Assembly: GCA_041302525.1 (NCBI GenBank)
Contig: JBFYQX010000092.1
Location: forward strand, 1-61,807
DNA: 61,807 nucleotides
Reading direction: 5' to 3'
From: Candidatus Bipolaricaulota bacterium
GTDB taxonomy: Bacteria > Bipolaricaulota > Bipolaricaulia > UBA7950 > UBA9294
Positions 18,204-29,863 of the stretch are shown here, in pieces; the first letter of the stretch is position 1, and each line of letters opens with the position of its first letter. The translations under genes and the position numbers were made by a program. The notes below the pieces were generated by a model, which was given only the letters and a program-made list of their open reading frames with translations, had not been told where the DNA came from and made no database searches.

Positions 18204-18865
18204 AACGCATCCTCATCGGCGAACGGGGGCTCTGGGTTTACGCCACCTTCGTCGCCGGCTGCGGCCTCGCCCTCACCCTGTCGATGCCGTGGACGTCCAC
18301 CTTGAGCGACCTGATGAGCTACCCGTGGCGTCCGTTCCCGCTTCCGTTCTTCCTGACCTACGGCTTCCTCAGCGCCTGGGTTGCCTTGGACCGCGCCGCC
18401 GAGGCGGTGCCCGTCGGCCGGCCTCGCGTCGCGTTCCTCGCCGTCGCCGCGCTGCGTGTTGGGTTCACCCAACTCCTCGCCCTGCCGCTCGTGGCGGCGT
18501 CACGCGCGCTCTTCCCCGACGACTGGGCAGCCATTCCACTGGCCGCCGCCTACGTCGTCGCCGCGTCCCTCGCGTTCGCTGCAGGCGCTGTGGTGCTCGA
18601 AATCCTCGCCGTGCGCCGGGGACGGCATCCCGCGGGGCTGCGCTACGGGCTCTTCTTCGCCTGGCTCGGCCTGCCCGCGATCCTCCTCGCTGTTGCCGGA
18701 CCGATCCGCACGCTGGCCCAGCTCAGCCCGGCGGTTGCCGTGGCCTCGATCGTCGGCGGCGACGTCGCGCTCCCGGGTGTGCTCGTGGCCTTCGCCGCGC
18801 CGGCGTTGGCCACGGTCGCCTTCACGGTCTGGTGCCTCGTGCTGTCGAAGGGAGCGTCGACGTGA
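18200..18865 (+). CDS. Integral membrane protein (ABC-2 permease-like)
   Basis: About 6 hydrophobic segments; GTGA overlaps at both ends; SD AAGGAG. Confidence 0.65.
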   Translation: MKRILIGERGLWVYATFVAGCGLALTLSMPWTSTLSDLMSYPWRPFPLPFFLTYGFLSAWVALDRAAEAVPVGRPRVAFLAVAALRVGFTQLLALPLVAASRALFPDDWAAIPLAAAYVVAASLAFAAGAVVLEILAVRRGRHPAGLRYGLFFAWLGLPAILLAVAGPIRTLAQLSPAVAVASIVGGDVALPGVLVAFAAPALATVAFTVWCLVLSKGAST

Positions 18866-20208
18866 CGCGCCCCGCGATGAACGAGGTCTACGCCGCGCTG
18901 GCGGCGCGCGCGCGAACCGTGGCCGGTCTTGGCACCTGCGCCCGCGTTGCCGCCGCAGCGAGCGCCGTGTTCCTTGGCCTGGCGGTGCCGGGGCGCCTGC
19001 TGGGCTGGCCACTGCTCGGTGTCCCCGGAGTGAGCCTTGCCCTCGTCGCAGCGTCCACCCTGATTGGCTACCTTGTCGGTCGCGCGCGCCCGGCCGATCT
19101 ACCCCGCACGCTGTTGCGGGCCGACGTCGGGCTGGGCACGGAGGCGCGGCTCAGCACGCTCCATGCCATTCAGGATCGACAGGACCTCGCGCCGTTTGCC
19201 CTACGCATTGCCGCGGGCCTGCCGGCTCGGCCGGTCTCTGCGAGCGTCGCGCTCCCGATTCCGCGCCGCGTCGCTGCCCTGCTGGCCGTCGCTGCCACCA
19301 TGGCCCTCGCCACGGTGATCGCCGTCTCCGCGATCCCAAGGCCGCGCCCGCCGGCGTCGGCCGCGCCGTCGGCGCCCATCTACGTCCCGATCGACGTGCC
19401 CCCTCGCGCCGAGCCAGCGCCCGCCACTGCGTCGGACGCCCTCCAAGCTCAGGCCGCGCGCGACGACGCCGTGCCCCCGGCGGCATCCTCGGCGCCGCTC
19501 GCAGACGCATCGTCGACGACCGAAAGCTCCGTGGCCGCATCGGACCTTCCGACGCGGCCACAGAGCGCGCTGACTCTCGAAGAGACCCTGCAGCGCATCG
19601 AGGAACGGGTCGCCGCCGATCCTGGGTCCGCCCTGTCCGACGCGGAGCGAGAGGCCCTCGCAACGTGGGTCGAGGGTGCCACCGACGCGCTCGCGGAGGC
19701 GATTCGTGACCTGTTGGCCCAGTCGGCCCGCGACAACACGCTGGCGCAAGTGCGCGCGGTCCTGGCGCGGCCCGACGTCCACGCGTCGCCCTCATCGCAG
19801 CCGCCGGCGGCGCAGCGGCTGCCGGCCCCCGACACGCAGGCCACGACGGCCGGCCCCGAGAGTGTGACTGCGCCCAGCGCCGGCGGAGGGCCCGCTTCGG
19901 GCTCGACGCCGGGACGCCGAGGCGGGGCGTACCCGTTCTTCGACGAAGGCGCAGGCGGGCCGACCGAGATCACGCTCGTCGGAGCCACCCTGCCCTCGAC
20001 GATCGGAACAGCGGGCGACTACTCGTACTACGTCACGCGCAGCGTCCCCGTGGAGCCACCGCCCGACGATCCCGCGACGCCGCGGGGGACACCGCTCGCT
20101 TTGAGCTACGAACGGGCAAGCGCCATCGCGGCCGGACGCGCCCTGCCGAGCGACGTGCTCGAGGCCGTGCGGGCCTACTTCACCGAGATCACTGAGGGAG
20201 GACTATGA
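18862..20208 (+). CDS. Membrane-anchored hypothetical protein with Pro/Ala-rich C-terminal region
   Basis: Three TM segments, then D..LG.EARLST and a low-complexity tail ending VRAYFTEI; coupled to moxR. Confidence 0.65.
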   Translation: MTRPAMNEVYAALAARARTVAGLGTCARVAAAASAVFLGLAVPGRLLGWPLLGVPGVSLALVAASTLIGYLVGRARPADLPRTLLRADVGLGTEARLSTLHAIQDRQDLAPFALRIAAGLPARPVSASVALPIPRRVAALLAVAATMALATVIAVSAIPRPRPPASAAPSAPIYVPIDVPPRAEPAPATASDALQAQAARDDAVPPAASSAPLADASSTTESSVAASDLPTRPQSALTLEETLQRIEERVAADPGSALSDAEREALATWVEGATDALAEAIRDLLAQSARDNTLAQVRAVLARPDVHASPSSQPPAAQRLPAPDTQATTAGPESVTAPSAGGGPASGSTPGRRGGAYPFFDEGAGGPTEITLVGATLPSTIGTAGDYSYYVTRSVPVEPPPDDPATPRGTPLALSYERASAIAAGRALPSDVLEAVRAYFTEITEGGL

Positions 20209-21187
20209 TCACCGAAGCGGACTTCCAGCGTGCCTCACGCGCCATGAGCGCTCTGCAGCAAGCGGTCGGCGAGGTCATCGTTGGCCACGAGGACGTCATT
20301 CGCGCCACGCTGATCGCCCTGTTGTGCCGCGGCAACGTCCTGCTCGAGGGGGTGCCCGGGCTGGGGAAGACGCTCCTGGTCCGCGCGCTGGCCCATGCCA
20401 CCGGCCTGCGTTTCTCGCGCATTCAGTTCACGCCGGACCTGATGCCCGCCGACATCGTCGGGACCGACATCATCTCGGAGACCGACGGTCGTCGGCAGTT
20501 CCAGTTCTCGCCCGGACCGATCTTCGCCAACGTCGTCCTTGCGGACGAGATCAACCGCGCCACGCCCAAGACGCAGTCCGCGTTGCTCGAGGCCATGGAG
20601 GAACGCACGGTCACGGTAGGCACGCACACCTACGCGCTGGAGGAGCCGTACGTGGTCCTGGCCACCGAGAACCCGATCGAGATGGAGGGCACGTATCCCT
20701 TGCCCGAGGCGCAGCTCGACCGGTTCATGCTCAAGGCCATCGTGACGTTCCCGGAGCTCGACGAGCTGATCGAGATCGTGGCGCGCAACACGGAGGGAGA
20801 GGGCATCCGCCTGCCGCGCACCGAAGTGTCGCCGCAGGACGTGCTCCTCGCACGCGAGGTCGCTCGGCAGGTTCCGATCGCCGAGGGCATGCGCGCCTAC
20901 ATCGGGCGGCTCGTCGCCGCGACGCACCCTTCCAGCCTCCTCTCCCCGACCAGCGTGCGGGACTACATCGGGTACGGGGCGAGTCCTCGCGCCGCCATCG
21001 CGTTGACGCTGGCGTCCAAGGCGAACGCGTTCCTCGACGGCCAGGCTCACGTCCGCCCGGTGGATATCGAGCGCCTGTTCCGCCCGGTGTTCGCGCACCG
21101 GCTGATCCTGAACTTCCGCGGCGAGTCTGAGGGGATTGCGGTGGACTCCATCCTCGACGACGTCTGGAAGAAGGTGCCGCTCACGTC

Positions 21188-21191
<4 letters not shown>
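20205..21191 (+). CDS. moxR: MoxR-family AAA+ ATPase
   Basis: LLEGVPGLGKT, RIQFTPDLMPADI, LADEINRATPKTQSALLEAMEE, YPLPEAQLDRF. Confidence 0.95.
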
Positions 21192-22062
<871 letters not shown>

Positions 22063-22066
<4 letters not shown>

Positions 22067-23847
22067 GTTTCGCTCACCCCGCCGCATTCGCGCTGTTCGC
22101 CCTGGCCGCCATCCTGATCTTCCTGGCGTTCCTGCGCGCGCTCACGCGCCCGCAGCCCGTGTCGTCGGTCGCGCTGTGGTCGGGTCTGACGCAGTCGCCG
22201 GAGCGACAACGACCGAAGCTGCACCGGTGGGCGGAGCCGATCCTGTTTGCGCAGCTGCTCGCGCTGGCCGCGATGGTCTTCGCCGTGACGCAGCCGGCGC
22301 GACGCAGCCAGGAGTCAGCGCTGCGCGGCCTGGCGATTGTCGTCGATGAGACCGCGAGCATGCGCACGACGATCGAGCCCGGCGTGACGCGTTTCGCGCG
22401 TGCCGTCGAGCGCGCGCGAGAACTGCTGGCCGAGAGCCCCGCATCGCGCGTCACGCTGCTGCAGTTCTCGAGCCGCTCCCACGTCGTCGTCCCGCCCACA
22501 GACGACGTCGCTGCCGTCGAGCGGGCGCTTGCGCGTCTCGAGCCATCGTGGCGCGGAGACGGCAACACGTCCGACCTCTTGAACCTCCTGACGGCCACGG
22601 GCGGAACGGAGAGCTACGACCGGCTCGTCCTGCTCAGCGACCGCGCGTGGTCCGACCTTCCGCCCGGAATGACCGCCGAGCGCATCGGCGGGGGACACAA
22701 CGTGGGGCTCATCGCGTTCACAGTCCGCGAGAACCCGTCAGGCCCAGGCGTCAGCGCGTTCCTCGAGGTGCGCAACGAAACGGCGACCGACGTCGCCCCT
22801 CGGGTCACGATTCGGGACGAGGCCAGCGCAGTGACCGTGACCCTGCCGGTCGGAGCGGAGACCAGCGAGCGCTTCGTCTCGCCGTTCCCCGCGTCGCGCG
22901 GCGTTCGGTTCACGGCCACCTTGGCGATCGACGACGACTTCGCAGCGGACAACGTGCGTTTCTTCAGTCTCGACCGCCCTTCGACCCTGCGCGTTCGTTG
23001 GATCGGCGAGGAGAACGCCTACCTCCGCGCCGCGCTTGACAGCTCCCTGCAGACAGAGCTTGCCCGCGCGAGCGAACCCGCCGACCTCACCGTCGTCGTC
23101 GGCCGAACGCTCGACCAGCTGCCGCCGGGCGACCTGCTCCTCGTGGCCTCGGACGTCCCGAGCCTGTATCGCTTCGCCGGGACGACCCTTCTCCCCGGCG
23201 GCGACGCCCGCGCCGAGGATCCCGCGCACCCGCTTCTCGCGGGCGTGGATCCCGCGGGCATCTACGTCGAGAGCCTGCCGGAGACCTTCTTCTTCGCGCC
23301 CGTCGAGCGCATCTTGACCGCCAACGGTCTGCCGTTTCTGTCTGCGATCGAGGACGGCGGGCGCACGCTGTACGTCTTCTCCACGGACCTGCGAGCGACG
23401 AACTTGCCGATCACGGTGGAGTTCCCGGTACTCGTGCGCAACGTGCTCGCGTCCGTGACCCGCATCCCCGGAGCCCTCGTGCACACGTGGCGGACCGTCG
23501 GCGAGCTGCTCGAGGTCGCAGAGGCGGGAGGTCTTCGACGCGTGCGCGATCCCGACGGCCGCGAGATCGCGCTCGAACCCGGTCAGACGGCGTTCCTGCC
23601 TGAACGGCCGGGGCTGTACGACGTGGAGACGGATCGCGGGACCCAGGCGCTGGCGGTCAACGTGCCCACGGAAGAGAGCTCCAGCGCGCTGCCCGACGTC
23701 GCCTCCGCGGCCGCGCCGGCCGCGAGCGTGGCTCCCGTGGACGTCCTGCGGCGGCTCTGGCCGCTGTTCGCCTGGATCGCGCTCCTCCTGCTCGCCGTCG
23801 AGGCCGGCCTGTACGTGCGATTCGACGCCACAAGGAGGCTCGCGTGA
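22063..23847 (+). CDS. BatA/vWA domain protein
   Basis: N-terminal BatA-like TM (F.HPAAF..VSSVALW), vWA IVVDETASM, C-terminal TM. Confidence 0.85.
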
Positions 23848-26360
23848 TCCGGTTCCTCTCGCCGTACCTCCTCCTCGGGATCCCCGTCTTGGCCGCCCTG
23901 GTGTGGGGGGTGTTCCGTCGGCACCGCGCGTCGCTCGCCCTGCGCTTCTTCGCCCTGGCCGCGCTCCTCGTCGCCCTGGCCGAGCCGGTGCTGAGCGTGC
24001 GCGCGCCGCGCGACGTCGCCGTGTTCCTCGTCGACCGATCCGCGAGCGTTCGGAGGACGTCCGACGACCTCGGAGTTCAGGAGGCGATGGAGGCCATCAT
24101 GAACGCCCACCGCGACTGGGACTTTGGCGTCGTGGCCTTTGGGGCGCGTGCAGCCATCTCCACGCCGGTCGGCGACCCGTTCAAGGGACTGCCGACGACG
24201 CTCGGCGACCTCGACGGGTCGCGGTTCGACAAGGCCGTCGAACTCGGTCTGGCCATGTTCCCGGCCGATGCGTCCAAGCGCCTGGTTCTCGTGAGCGACG
24301 GCCGGCTGCAGGACACCGACACCGCGGGCATCACGGCCGCCCAGCTCGCGGGCGTGCCGATCTCCGTGCTGGCGGTCGGCGACGCGGCCTTGGGGGACGT
24401 CCGGATGACGGCCCTCGACGCGCCGGACGAGGTGTCGGCGGGACAGACGTTCCGTCTTCAGGCCGGGCTCGCGACGCGCGCGCCGGGACCCGCGGCCGTC
24501 GCCCTGTACCAGGACGATCGGCTCGTTTACTACAACGAGGCGCAGCTCGCAGAAGGGGCGCGAGAACTCACGTTTGCGGCCCAGCTGACCGACGCCGGGG
24601 CCGCCGAGTACACGGCGGTCGTCAAGCGCGACGGCGACGTGTTTCCTGAGAACGACGCTGCCAGCGCGTTCGTCCAGGCCACCGACCGAGCCCGCGTGCT
24701 CGTTCTGGACCCGCGCGGCGACTCCGCCGTGCCGCGCCTCCTCGACGCGCTTGGCACGCGGTTCGACTTGGCCGCGCGCCTGCCGCGCATCGCCGCGCTC
24801 GCCCAGTACGACCAACTGGTCCTCGCGGGCGTCCCGCTCGACGATCTCACGGCGGCCGACGCCACGGCCATCGAGCTCTACGTGACCAACCTCGGGGGCG
24901 GCCTCCTCGTCATCCAGGGGCAAGACGAGGTCCGCGGGCTCACGACCTCGCCGATTGACAGTCTGCTGCCCGTCACGTTCGCCGTGCCGGAGACAGAGCG
25001 CGACGCCAGCCTGGCCATGGTCTACCTCCTCGACCGATCGGGCAGCATGAGCGAGTTGGTCGACACGCGCGCCAAGATCCGCATCCTGCGGGAGGCCACA
25101 GCCGCCAGCGTCTTCCTCCTGCCGCCGGACACGCTGGTCGGCGTCGTGGGGTTCTCCGACACCTACTCGTGGCTCTATCCGCTCGCCCCCGTGGGGAACG
25201 CGGACGCAGTTTACCAGACCTTGCAGGAGCTGCGGGCGGGCGGCGGCACGGACCTCTACTTCCCGCTGCGCGACGCCGTGGACGCGCTGGGCGCGGCTAC
25301 GGCCAGGGTGAAGCACCTGCTCCTGGTCTCGGACGGCAAGACGGTTTCCGACGAGCGCGACTTCGCCGGCCTGGCGAGAGAGATCGCGGCGCGCGACGAC
25401 CTCTCGGTCTCGGCCATTGCCTTGGGCGAGGAGCCGAACCTCAGCCTGTTGGGCGAGATGGTTGAGGCTGGACGGGGCGAGTTGTACCAGGTGACGGACT
25501 TCGTGTCGCTGCCCCAGGTCATTGTTGGGATCACCCAGCGACTCGGTCGAAGCCGCTTCGTGACGGGAGACGTGGCCGCGGTCGGGCCGCTGTGGGACGA
25601 CGCCGCGAACCCGGCGCCGTCGCTTTCGGGCTACCTGTTGACCTACCCGCGTGAGTCGGCCGCGCTCCTCCTCGGCGCCGGCGAGGATCCCGTGGCCGCC
25701 ACGTGGCGCAAGGGTCTCGGCTCGGTGACTGTGCTGAACGTCGACCTGGCCGGGCATTGGTCCGAACGCTGGCTGAACTGGCCGCGGCTGAGCGAGTTGT
25801 TTGGGAGGCTGTTGGCGACGACCGCGCCGCGCGTCGCGACCACGACGGGGCTCGTGCCCACGATCGAAGTCGGCGCGGACGCGGCCACGCTGCTCATCGA
25901 GGCGCGCACGCCGGCCGGCGGCTTCGCGAACTTCCTGCGCCTCGAGGCCGCGCTCTTGCCCGAGGAACGCCCGCTCGACCTCACGCAGGCCGCACCCGGC
26001 GTCTATCGCGCTCGCTTCCCCGTTCCTGCAGTAGGGGGGCACGCGGTGGTGGTCTCCGAACCGTCCACCGGGCGAACGACGCGGCTGTCCTTCGCCATTC
26101 CCTACGCCGCCGAGTTCGCGGCGTCGGGCCGCGACGACGCGGCGTTGCGCGCCATTGCCTCCGCGACGGGGGGCGCTGTCCTCCCGGACGAGTCGCTCGA
26201 GGCGGCCGTGCGCGCGGCCGTCGCCGCGGCTGGCCGCCCGCTTCAGGCCTTGTTCATCGGCCTGGCGATCCTCCTCTTCCTGCTCGACGTCGCGCTCCGC
26301 AAGTCGCGCTTCCGCCGCATCGCGCTGGACCTGCCCGACGAGCGCGACGGAAAACCCTGA
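23844..26360 (+). CDS. Double vWA domain membrane protein
   Basis: VDRSAS and LDRSGSM MIDAS motifs, SDG motifs, GATase-like middle region, terminal TM. Confidence 0.85.
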   Translation: MIRFLSPYLLLGIPVLAALVWGVFRRHRASLALRFFALAALLVALAEPVLSVRAPRDVAVFLVDRSASVRRTSDDLGVQEAMEAIMNAHRDWDFGVVAFGARAAISTPVGDPFKGLPTTLGDLDGSRFDKAVELGLAMFPADASKRLVLVSDGRLQDTDTAGITAAQLAGVPISVLAVGDAALGDVRMTALDAPDEVSAGQTFRLQAGLATRAPGPAAVALYQDDRLVYYNEAQLAEGARELTFAAQLTDAGAAEYTAVVKRDGDVFPENDAASAFVQATDRARVLVLDPRGDSAVPRLLDALGTRFDLAARLPRIAALAQYDQLVLAGVPLDDLTAADATAIELYVTNLGGGLLVIQGQDEVRGLTTSPIDSLLPVTFAVPETERDASLAMVYLLDRSGSMSELVDTRAKIRILREATAASVFLLPPDTLVGVVGFSDTYSWLYPLAPVGNADAVYQTLQELRAGGGTDLYFPLRDAVDALGAATARVKHLLLVSDGKTVSDERDFAGLAREIAARDDLSVSAIALGEEPNLSLLGEMVEAGRGELYQVTDFVSLPQVIVGITQRLGRSRFVTGDVAAVGPLWDDAANPAPSLSGYLLTYPRESAALLLGAGEDPVAATWRKGLGSVTVLNVDLAGHWSERWLNWPRLSELFGRLLATTAPRVATTTGLVPTIEVGADAATLLIEARTPAGGFANFLRLEAALLPEERPLDLTQAAPGVYRARFPVPAVGGHAVVVSEPSTGRTTRLSFAIPYAAEFAASGRDDAALRAIASATGGAVLPDESLEAAVRAAVAAAGRPLQALFIGLAILLFLLDVALRKSRFRRIALDLPDERDGKP

Positions 26361-26389
26361 ACCCATCGAAACAGGACGCGGCTCGCGCG

Positions 26390-26418
26390 TTGAACGTCCC
26401 GACCGCGGTCCCTATAAT
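26390..26418 (+). promoter_or_regulatory. sigma70 promoter of tRNA-Pro/dnaX
   Basis: TTGAAC-17-TATAAT. Confidence 0.75.
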
Positions 26419-26432
26419 GCCGACCGTCGCTG

Positions 26433-26509
26433 CGGGGAGTGGCGCAGCCTGGTAGCGCGCCTGCTTTGGGAGCAGGAAGCCGCTGGTTCAAATCCAGTCT
26501 CCCCGACCA
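26433..26509 (+). tRNA. tRNA-Pro(TGG)
   Basis: CGGGGAG/CTCCCCG acceptor, anticodon stem CCTGC/GCAGG with loop TT-TGG-GA, TTCAAAT T-loop, encoded CCA. Confidence 0.97.
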
Positions 26510-26531
26510 GGCGGTCCAGGGGGTGACTCGG

Positions 26532-28091
26532 GTGGCGGAGACAACGGCTCGGCTTTCGCTGTACCGACGCTGGCGTCCGCAGCGGTTCGCCGACGTGGTC
26601 GGGCAGGACGACATCGTTCGCACGCTGCGCAACGCGCTCCTTGCCGCGGACGTCTCCCACGCATACTTGCTCGCGGGCGAGCGCGGCGTCGGCAAAACGT
26701 CGGTTGCCCGCATCCTTGCGCGTGCCGTCAACTGCGAGCGCCTTCAAGACGGGGAGCCCTGCAACGAGTGTCCGACCTGCCTGACCATCTCGGCCGGCCG
26801 CTCGCTCGACATCGTCGAGATCGACGGCGCGTCGAACCGCGGCATCGACCACATCCGCCGATTGCGCGAGGAGGTCAACTTCGCGCCGACCGACCTTCGG
26901 CGCAAGGTCTACATCATCGACGAAGTGCACATGCTGACCCCCGAAGCGTTCAATGCCCTCCTGAAGACGCTCGAGGAGCCGCCCCCGCACGCCATGTTCG
27001 TCTTCGCGACCACCGAACCGCACAAGCTGCCACGCACGATTGTCTCGAGATGCCAGGCGTTCGAGTTCCGCCGCCTCGCGCCCGACGTCATCGAGGCCCA
27101 GCTTCGCCGCATCGCGGCCGCCGAAGGTGCGCGACTGACCGACGAGGCCGCCGCGCTTCTCGCCCGACGGGCGAACGGCGGCCTGCGTGACGCCGTCGTC
27201 ATGCTCGAGCAGGCCGCGACCTACGATCGCGACGCGATCACCGAGACGACCGTTCTGGACATGCTCGGACTCGCCCCGCGCGAGACGCTGGACCGCTTCG
27301 TCGCCGCGCTGGAGCGCGCCGACCGCGTCGGCGTGCTCGAAGTCATCGCGTCGCTCGCCGACCGCGGCAAGGACCTGGAGTTGTTCCTCGGCGACGTCCT
27401 CTTGCTCCTGCGCGATCGCATCGCTGCCGGGGAGCCCTCGGAGGCCCAAGACGTCATGCTGGCTCAGGGTCTGCTGGCCGTGAAGGCCGACCTCTACCGC
27501 GCGCTCGACCGGCAGATCCGTCTTGAGGTGGGGGCGCTCGCTCTCGCGGCGTCCTTCGCCGCCCGACGTTCCTCCGCCGCAGCGCCCGCCCGGGCTGCGA
27601 CCCAGACGCCGGACCGAGTCGGCCCGACCGCGTCCAGGAACGCCGGCGTCGCGACGCCGCCTCCCGTGCCGGCCCGCGCGGAGGTCGCTCATCCCGGCGC
27701 CGCGGGGGAGCCGTCTCCCGACGAGCCGCGCTCGGCGCCTGATCTCGACCCCCAGCTTGCTTGTGCCTGGGACGCGCTGCTCCGCGAGATCGAGAAGGAT
27801 CGCATCGCTGTCGCGGCGTACCTCACCGAGGCGCGCCCCACGGTCGACGGCACTCGCCTGGTGCTGGCGTTTCATCCCGACCACACGTTCCATAAGGAGA
27901 GCCTCGAGAAGAACGAGAACATGCAGTACGTGGCCGGCGCGGTGCGCAGGCACTTTGGGGATACCTGGCGCGTCGACGTCCGGTTCGATGTGGGCGTGGA
28001 GAAGAAGGCGCTGCCGCGGGACCTTCTCCTCGAGAAGGCGCGGCTCGTCTGCCAGGTCTTTGATGGCCGCATCGTCAAGGAGGCATCGTGA
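26532..28091 (+). CDS. dnaX: DNA polymerase III subunit gamma/tau
   Basis: LYRRWRPQ.F.DVVGQ, GERGVGKT, CNECPTC, EIDGASNRG, IIDEVHML, TIVSRCQ. Confidence 0.95.
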   Translation: MAETTARLSLYRRWRPQRFADVVGQDDIVRTLRNALLAADVSHAYLLAGERGVGKTSVARILARAVNCERLQDGEPCNECPTCLTISAGRSLDIVEIDGASNRGIDHIRRLREEVNFAPTDLRRKVYIIDEVHMLTPEAFNALLKTLEEPPPHAMFVFATTEPHKLPRTIVSRCQAFEFRRLAPDVIEAQLRRIAAAEGARLTDEAAALLARRANGGLRDAVVMLEQAATYDRDAITETTVLDMLGLAPRETLDRFVAALERADRVGVLEVIASLADRGKDLELFLGDVLLLLRDRIAAGEPSEAQDVMLAQGLLAVKADLYRALDRQIRLEVGALALAASFAARRSSAAAPARAATQTPDRVGPTASRNAGVATPPPVPARAEVAHPGAAGEPSPDEPRSAPDLDPQLACAWDALLREIEKDRIAVAAYLTEARPTVDGTRLVLAFHPDHTFHKESLEKNENMQYVAGAVRRHFGDTWRVDVRFDVGVEKKALPRDLLLEKARLVCQVFDGRIVKEAS

Positions 28092-28417
28092 AGGGCATCG
28101 GGAACCTCGGCGCGTTGATGAAACAGGCCAAGAAGCTGCAGGAGGACCTCGAGCGCGCGCAAGCCGAGATCGCCGAACTGCGGATCACGGCGACGGCCGG
28201 CGGCGGGATGGTCGGCGCCACCGTCAGCGGCAAGGGCGATCTCGTCTCGCTCTCGCTCGAACGCGAGGTGGTCGACCCCGCGGACGTTGAGATGCTCGCC
28301 GACCTGATCGTTGCGGCCGTGCAGGAGGCCCAACGCCAGGCCCAGGAGGCCGCCCAGGCGAAGCTCGGCCCTCTCGCGCAGGGACTCGGCGGAGCTCCTG
28401 GACTCCCCGGCATGTAG
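28088..28417 (+). CDS. ebfC: YbaB/EbfC nucleoid-associated protein
   Basis: MKQAKKLQ, AGGGMV..VSG, DVEMLADLIVAA; coupled to dnaX. Confidence 0.92.
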   Translation: MKGIGNLGALMKQAKKLQEDLERAQAEIAELRITATAGGGMVGATVSGKGDLVSLSLEREVVDPADVEMLADLIVAAVQEAQRQAQEAAQAKLGPLAQGLGGAPGLPGM

Positions 28418-28434
28418 ACGGGAACACTGCTTTC

Positions 28435-28463
28435 TTGCACCTCTCGGCGCCCTCTCGTATAGT
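28435..28463 (+). promoter_or_regulatory. sigma70 promoter
   Basis: TTGCAC-17-TATAGT. Confidence 0.6.
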
Positions 28464-28475
28464 CGGAAGCAGACG

Positions 28476-29192
28476 ATGGGGGTGAGCGTGCTCCAGAACA
28501 CCAAGCAGCTTCTCGAGCTTCAGGGCGTGGACGTCAAGATCCAGGAGCTCGTGGCCCACCTCGAGAGGCAGGCCGCACACCGCCGCCAGCTCGAGGCCCG
28601 CATTGTGCAGGAACGCGCCGCGGCCGCCGCGGCGCGGGACGCCTTCCAGAAGCTCGAACTGGACAGCCGCGCGCAAAACCTTGAGGTGGACGAGCTGGAC
28701 ATGCGCATCCGCGCTTACCAGGACCGCCTCGACAAGGGGATCATCAGCTTCAAGGAGATGGAAGACCTGCGAGCCAAGATCTCTGGCGAGAAGACGCGCA
28801 TGGGGACGCTCGAAGACGCGGCCTTGGCGCTGATGTCATCGATCGAGTCGGCTCGCGCCGAGCTCGCCGAGGCGCAGGCGGCCCTCGCACCGCGCGTCCA
28901 GCATCTCGAGGCCCAGATTGCCGAGATCGTCCGCGAGATGTCGGACACGGAGACAGGTCGACTGGCCGCGTTGCGTGCTGAGCGCGTTCGTCTCGCCACT
29001 GCGGTGCCTCCGTACGCACTCGCCCAGTACGAGGCGTTGCGCGCGACCTTTCCCAACCCCGTCGCCGCGATCGAACATGGCACCTGCGGAGGATGCAAGA
29101 TCCGCGTCAGCGCCAACACCGCGGAGCGCGTGCGCGCGGGCAGGGAGATCGTGACGTGCGAACACTGTTCGCGCATCTTGTTCTCGTTCTAG
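28476..29192 (+). CDS. Coiled-coil C4 zinc-ribbon protein (DUF164/CT398-like)
   Basis: LLELQ.VD, long coiled coil, CGGC...CEHCSRIL. Confidence 0.88.
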   Translation: MGVSVLQNTKQLLELQGVDVKIQELVAHLERQAAHRRQLEARIVQERAAAAAARDAFQKLELDSRAQNLEVDELDMRIRAYQDRLDKGIISFKEMEDLRAKISGEKTRMGTLEDAALALMSSIESARAELAEAQAALAPRVQHLEAQIAEIVREMSDTETGRLAALRAERVRLATAVPPYALAQYEALRATFPNPVAAIEHGTCGGCKIRVSANTAERVRAGREIVTCEHCSRILFSF

Positions 29193-29863
29193 CGCTCGTC
29201 CTCGTCGCGGCGTCCGCGGCAGCTGTTGGGGTCCCGGGGCCTCTGGGCAAGCTCTCCGACTACGGAGCGGTCTTTGATCGCCACGGCCGTGACGAGGTGA
29301 ACGCGGCCATCGCCGAAGTGGCCGCGCTCCTGCACCTCGACGTCCATGTCCTCGTGAGCTGGGAGAACCCTTATCCAACCGTCGATGCCTTTGCCGCTGC
29401 CGTGTTCTCGGCGTGGAACCTCGCGCCAAAGGTCACCCTATTGGCCGTGTTCCTGCGCACGGGCGCGAACTGGACGGCGAGCGTCGTCGCGAGCGCGAGC
29501 GCCAAGGCCCAGCTTGGCACGGTCGATCAGCGCATCAAGGCGCGCATCGCAGACCTCGTGGCGCACCGCCGGATCGAGGAGGCGGTCCGCGCGATGTTCC
29601 ATGAACTGAAGAGCCTGCCCGCCGCGCAACACGCGGCGGCACAGGCGGCACGCGGCGCGCCGAGCCGTGGCGCGGGCCCTCCGGTCGCCGTCCTCGTGTC
29701 CGCCGTCGTCGTCGGCCTCGGCGGGTTGGCCCTGCTCATCCGGTGGCGCATCTGCCCCCGTTGCGCCGGCATCCTGCGCCGAGAGCAGCCACGCTCCCAA
29801 TTCACAACGCGCGCGCACCGCGTATACTCGTGCCGTCGATGCGGGTATCGACGCGGAGTGTAG
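29156..29863 (+). CDS. TPM-domain membrane protein with C-terminal Cys4 finger
   Basis: SD AGGGAG then GTG 29156; signal peptide; LSDYGAVF TPM-like start; TM; CPRC...CRRC. Confidence 0.7.
   Translation: MRTLFAHLVLVLALVLVAASAAAVGVPGPLGKLSDYGAVFDRHGRDEVNAAIAEVAALLHLDVHVLVSWENPYPTVDAFAAAVFSAWNLAPKVTLLAVFLRTGANWTASVVASASAKAQLGTVDQRIKARIADLVAHRRIEEAVRAMFHELKSLPAAQHAAAQAARGAPSRGAGPPVAVLVSAVVVGLGGLALLIRWRICPRCAGILRREQPRSQFTTRAHRVYSCRRCGYRRGV

Noticed and set aside
23583-26366. 927-aa minus-strand ORF
   Set aside because: Exact antisense shadow of the double-vWA gene.
26532-28091. Programmed frameshift producing the gamma subunit in dnaX
   Set aside because: No A-AAA-AAG or poly-A slippery site seen.
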